Source: the human T2T-CHM13v2.0 reference genome, Homo sapiens. From it: DNA of 64,000 bases. Both the position numbers and the translations under genes were made by a program. Below the pieces are notes generated by a model that was given only the letters and a program-made list of their open reading frames with translations, made no database searches and was not told where the DNA came from. Each line of letters begins with the position of its first letter. The stretch's first letter is position 1. The DNA lies in NCBI RefSeq assembly GCF_009914755.1, contig NC_060943.1; one strand, 5' to 3'. This document shows positions 59,860 to 64,000 of the stretch, piece after piece.

Positions 59860-60536
59860 TAGAGACAGGGTTTCGCCATGTTGCCCAGGCTGGTCTGAAC
59901 TCCCGGACTCAAGCCATCTGCCCATGCCGGCCTCCCAGTGTGCTGGGATTACAGGAGGAAGCCACTGTGACCAGCCTGAAAGTGTTCATTTTTAAATTTT
60001 TAATAGAGATGGGGTCTCACTATGTCACCCAGGCTGGTCCGAAACTCCTGGGCTCAAACCATCCGCCCACCTCGGCCTCCCAAAGTGCTGGGATCACAGG
60101 TGGGAGCCACGCGCCCGGCCCCAAAGCCCTCCTTGCACAAGCACCTGAGCCGCCATGGCCCACAGGCCCATCAAAACCAGAGCAAACTGGTACCTGTGAT
60201 ACAGCCTCCACTCCAGCCCCAGGGCCCAGCCCCAGGCCACCCGAGCCGGCTGTGGGTGACCTGAGACCAAGTGTCGTTTCCTGCTATAAACTATTGATGC
60301 CTGAGCAGTCACCTCCAGGAGCTCCGGGCTTGGCTACGGTGTCCTGGGTTCCCTGTAATGAAGCCCGGGGCAGCTGCGGCCTGGAGGGCGTCTGCTCCGC
60401 CTCCATCCTGGGCCCGCCTGGGGCTCTTTTCCTTCTAGGCCTGGTTCCCTCCAAAATTAGCTTCCTATCGGGATCCCACATCCCCTCACAATGGAGGCCT
60501 GACCTCTGGGGAGACACAATGTCAGGGTCACTGTGA

Positions 60537-60790
<254 letters not shown>

Positions 60791-61584
60791 TGATCTGCCC
60801 GCCTCAGCCTCCCAAAGTGCTGGGATGACAGGCGTGAACCACCGCGCCCGGCCTCGATTTACTCATTTTTTTTGAGAGAGAGAGAGAGTCTCACTCTGTC
60901 ACCCAGGCTGGAGTGCAGTGGCGTGATCTCAGCTCACTGCAACCTCCGCCTCTTGGGTTCAAATAATAATTCTCCTGCCTCAGCCTCCCGAGTAGCTGGG
61001 ATTACATGTGTATGCTACCACACCCAGCTAATTTTTATATCTTTGGTAGAGACAGGCTTTTGCCCTGTTGGCCAGGCTGGTCTCGAACTCCTGACCTCAG
61101 GGCATCCACCCGCCTCAGTCACCCAACGTGCTGGGATCACAGGCGTGAGCCACCGCGCCTGGCCTGACTTTATTATTGTTTTACAAAGAGCAGACCTTCC
61201 ACCTGCCATGGATAAAACGCCGAGTTCTAGAGGACACTGGAGACAGAGTGTTCCCCAGAACAAGGCCTGGGCGCAGCAGCCTGCAGGGCTGGGGTCTCCA
61301 CTCCCGGGGGAGCGTGCAGCGGGGCCTGCCATCCCTCTGTGCCCCCGCCCCACCCCCACTCTGCAGGCCGCTGACCCTGTGGTCGGGCTGGTGAGCAGAT
61401 GGCTGCTGGATCACTGACAGCCCGGCTCACGTTCCCTCTCCCTATGGAGACATCTTCCTTTTAATAAATTTTGCAAGGCCGTGGAGGGGGGCCAGCGCTC
61501 TGGCCCACGTCTGTCTCCCATCCCCATCACCACACGAGGCCCCAGCACGCCTGGCTGGCCTAAGTCCCCGCAGGATGAATGGGC

Positions 61585-61995
61585 TTCCGGGGCCTGCTGG
61601 GACCAGGTAAGCAGGCTGTGCGGCTTAAAACAACACAAATACACTCTCGTCTCTGGAGGCCGGAAGTCTGAAGTGAAGGTGTGCAAGGTGCCAGGCGAGT
61701 ACCCTTCCGGCCTCTTCCAGCTCCTGGTGCCGACAGCCACCTCTGACCCTCCTGGACTTGCGGCCGCTTCCCTCCCAATTCTGCCTCTGCTGCCCCACGG
61801 CGGTCTCCTCTGCATCTGTGTCCAAATTTCCCTTGTCTCCCGAAGTCGCCTGTCACTGCGGTGGTGCCCGCCCTAATGATCTCATCCTAACTAATTACAT
61901 CTGCAGAAACCCTATTTCCACATAAGGTCCCATTTGTAGGTGCCTGGGGTTCACGCAAAGACAGATCTTTGAGGGAACTCAATTCACCCCACCCC
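61585..61995. mobile_element. MLT1-type MaLR LTR
   Basis: ggcttaaaacaacacaaat...tctggaggccggaagtctga...ctaattacatctgca...ccctatttcca is MLT1-like. Confidence 0.7.
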
Positions 61996-62463
61996 GGGGA
62001 GTTTGCCTTTGTGGCCGGCCCTTCCCCCTCAGATCAAATTCTGCCTCCTCAGCGAGGCCTTCCTGACCCTCCCGGGCCCTTCCTGCCTTTCTCTCTGGCT
62101 GCGGCTGTTTCCTGCGGGGCTGGCTGCAGCTCCCGGCGGCGCCCTGTCCTGTACCTGTTTCATGTCCATCGTCGGCAACCCCTGGCTTCTAACACAGCTC
62201 ATTGCCCGCAGGACCTCCCAGCAGGAGCAGGGACCCAGTAGGCCCTGCGTCTCCGTCCGAACCACAAGCTGCTGTGGGTGGTCACTTGACAGAAAGACCC
62301 CTGCCCCCCCTTCCTTATTTGTTTATTTGCTTTTTCTGTTGTTTTAGAGACTGGATTTTGCCCTGTCATCCAGGCTGGAGTGCAGTGGCGAAATCTCGGT
62401 TCACTGCAGCCTCCATCTCCTGGGCTCTGGTGAGACTACGGCCTTAGCCTCCTGAATAGCTGA

Positions 62464-62996
<533 letters not shown>

Positions 62997-63178
62997 TGAG
63001 CCACTGGGCCTGGCTTTATTTAATTTTTTGAGATGGGATCTCACTCTGTGGCCCAGGATGGAGTGCAGTGGTGGGATCCCAGCTAACTACAGCCTTGAAC
63101 TCCTGGCCTCAAGGGATCCTCCCGCCTGGGTTTCCCAAAGGGCTGGGAATGACAGGTGTGAGCCCCCACCCCCCCGGC

Positions 63179-63815
63179 CTGGATATTTCATAGAAATGGG
63201 ATCACACGGGGCCAGGCGCGGTGGCTCACGCCTGTCATCCTAGCACTTTGGGAGGCCGAGGCGGGCGGATCACCTGAGGTCAGGAGTTTGAGACCAGCCT
63301 GGCCAACATGGTGAAACCCCATCTCTACTAAAAATACAAAAATTAGCTGGGCTTGGTGGTGGGTGCCTGCAATCTCAGCTCCTTGGGACTCTGAGGCAGG
63401 AGAATTGATTGAACCAGGAGGCAGAGGTTGCAGTGAACTGAGATCGTGCCATTGCACTCCAGCCTGGGCAGCAAGAGCCAAACTCTGTCTCGAAAAAATA
63501 AAATAAATGGGATCACACGCTGTGTGTCCTTCTGTGTCTGGCGTCTCTCACGGAGCGTGACGTCCTTAAGGTGCATCCGCGCTGTGGCCTGGGTCAGAGC
63601 CTGGATCCTTTTCACGCTGAGTTGTGTTCCGCGGTGGACGGCCGGCACTGGGTTGGTCTTTTCTTCCACTAACGGGAATTTGGGCTGTTTCCACATGTGG
63701 CCTCCGTGAATAACACTACGATGAACGTTCATGTACGCGTTTCTGTGTGGACTTGTGTTTCCCCTTCTCTCAGGGGCATGAATAGGAGGAGAATTGCGGG
63801 GTTCCTGAGGGCCGG
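63179..63815 (-). mobile_element. Old L1M (L1MB-like) 3' end fragment interrupted by an Alu
   Basis: Highly similar to 14345-14830. Confidence 0.7.
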
Positions 63816-64000
63816 CCCCCAGTGCTGGCACATCCCCAAGCCAAGCCCCACCCCTCTTTTTTTTTTTTGAGACAGAGTCTTGCTCCGTCACCCATGCTAG
63901 AGTGCAATGGCCCCATCTCGGCTCACTGCAACCTCCGCCTCCTGAGTTCAAGCAATTCTCCTGCCTCAGTCTCCCGAGGAGCTGAGGTTACAGGCACCCA

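Overview
This is human (primate) genomic DNA: GC-rich, very Alu-dense, and recognisable as the 19p13.3 PALM-MISP locus. The + strand carries the last five exons of PALM (paralemmin-1, ending in the KKHRCKCCSIM CaaX tail, polyA signal at 20364) followed by the complete MISP gene. MISP has a probable non-coding exon 1 near 23.2 kb and four coding exons that splice to a 679-aa protein, with a polyA signal at 36353. The distal ~27 kb contains no protein-coding gene I can support. It holds Alus, old L1/L2/MLT1 fragments, minisatellites, two CTCF-like motifs, and an Alu-free island at 54.2-55.6 kb with perfect heat-shock elements and splice signals (candidate lncRNA or enhancer). Nearly all other ORFs in the track are Alu, minisatellite or GC-rich artefacts. 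The main leads are: (1) a possible PALM-MISP read-through analogous to PALM2-AKAP2; (2) an LTR-derived 8x CCAAT array just upstream of the MISP start exon; (3) the heat-shock element cluster; (4) two rearrangement scars (an Alu-Alu inversion and an inverted templated insertion); (5) parallel GC-shifted L1/L2 copies. Repeat family names and boundaries are by eye and approximate.
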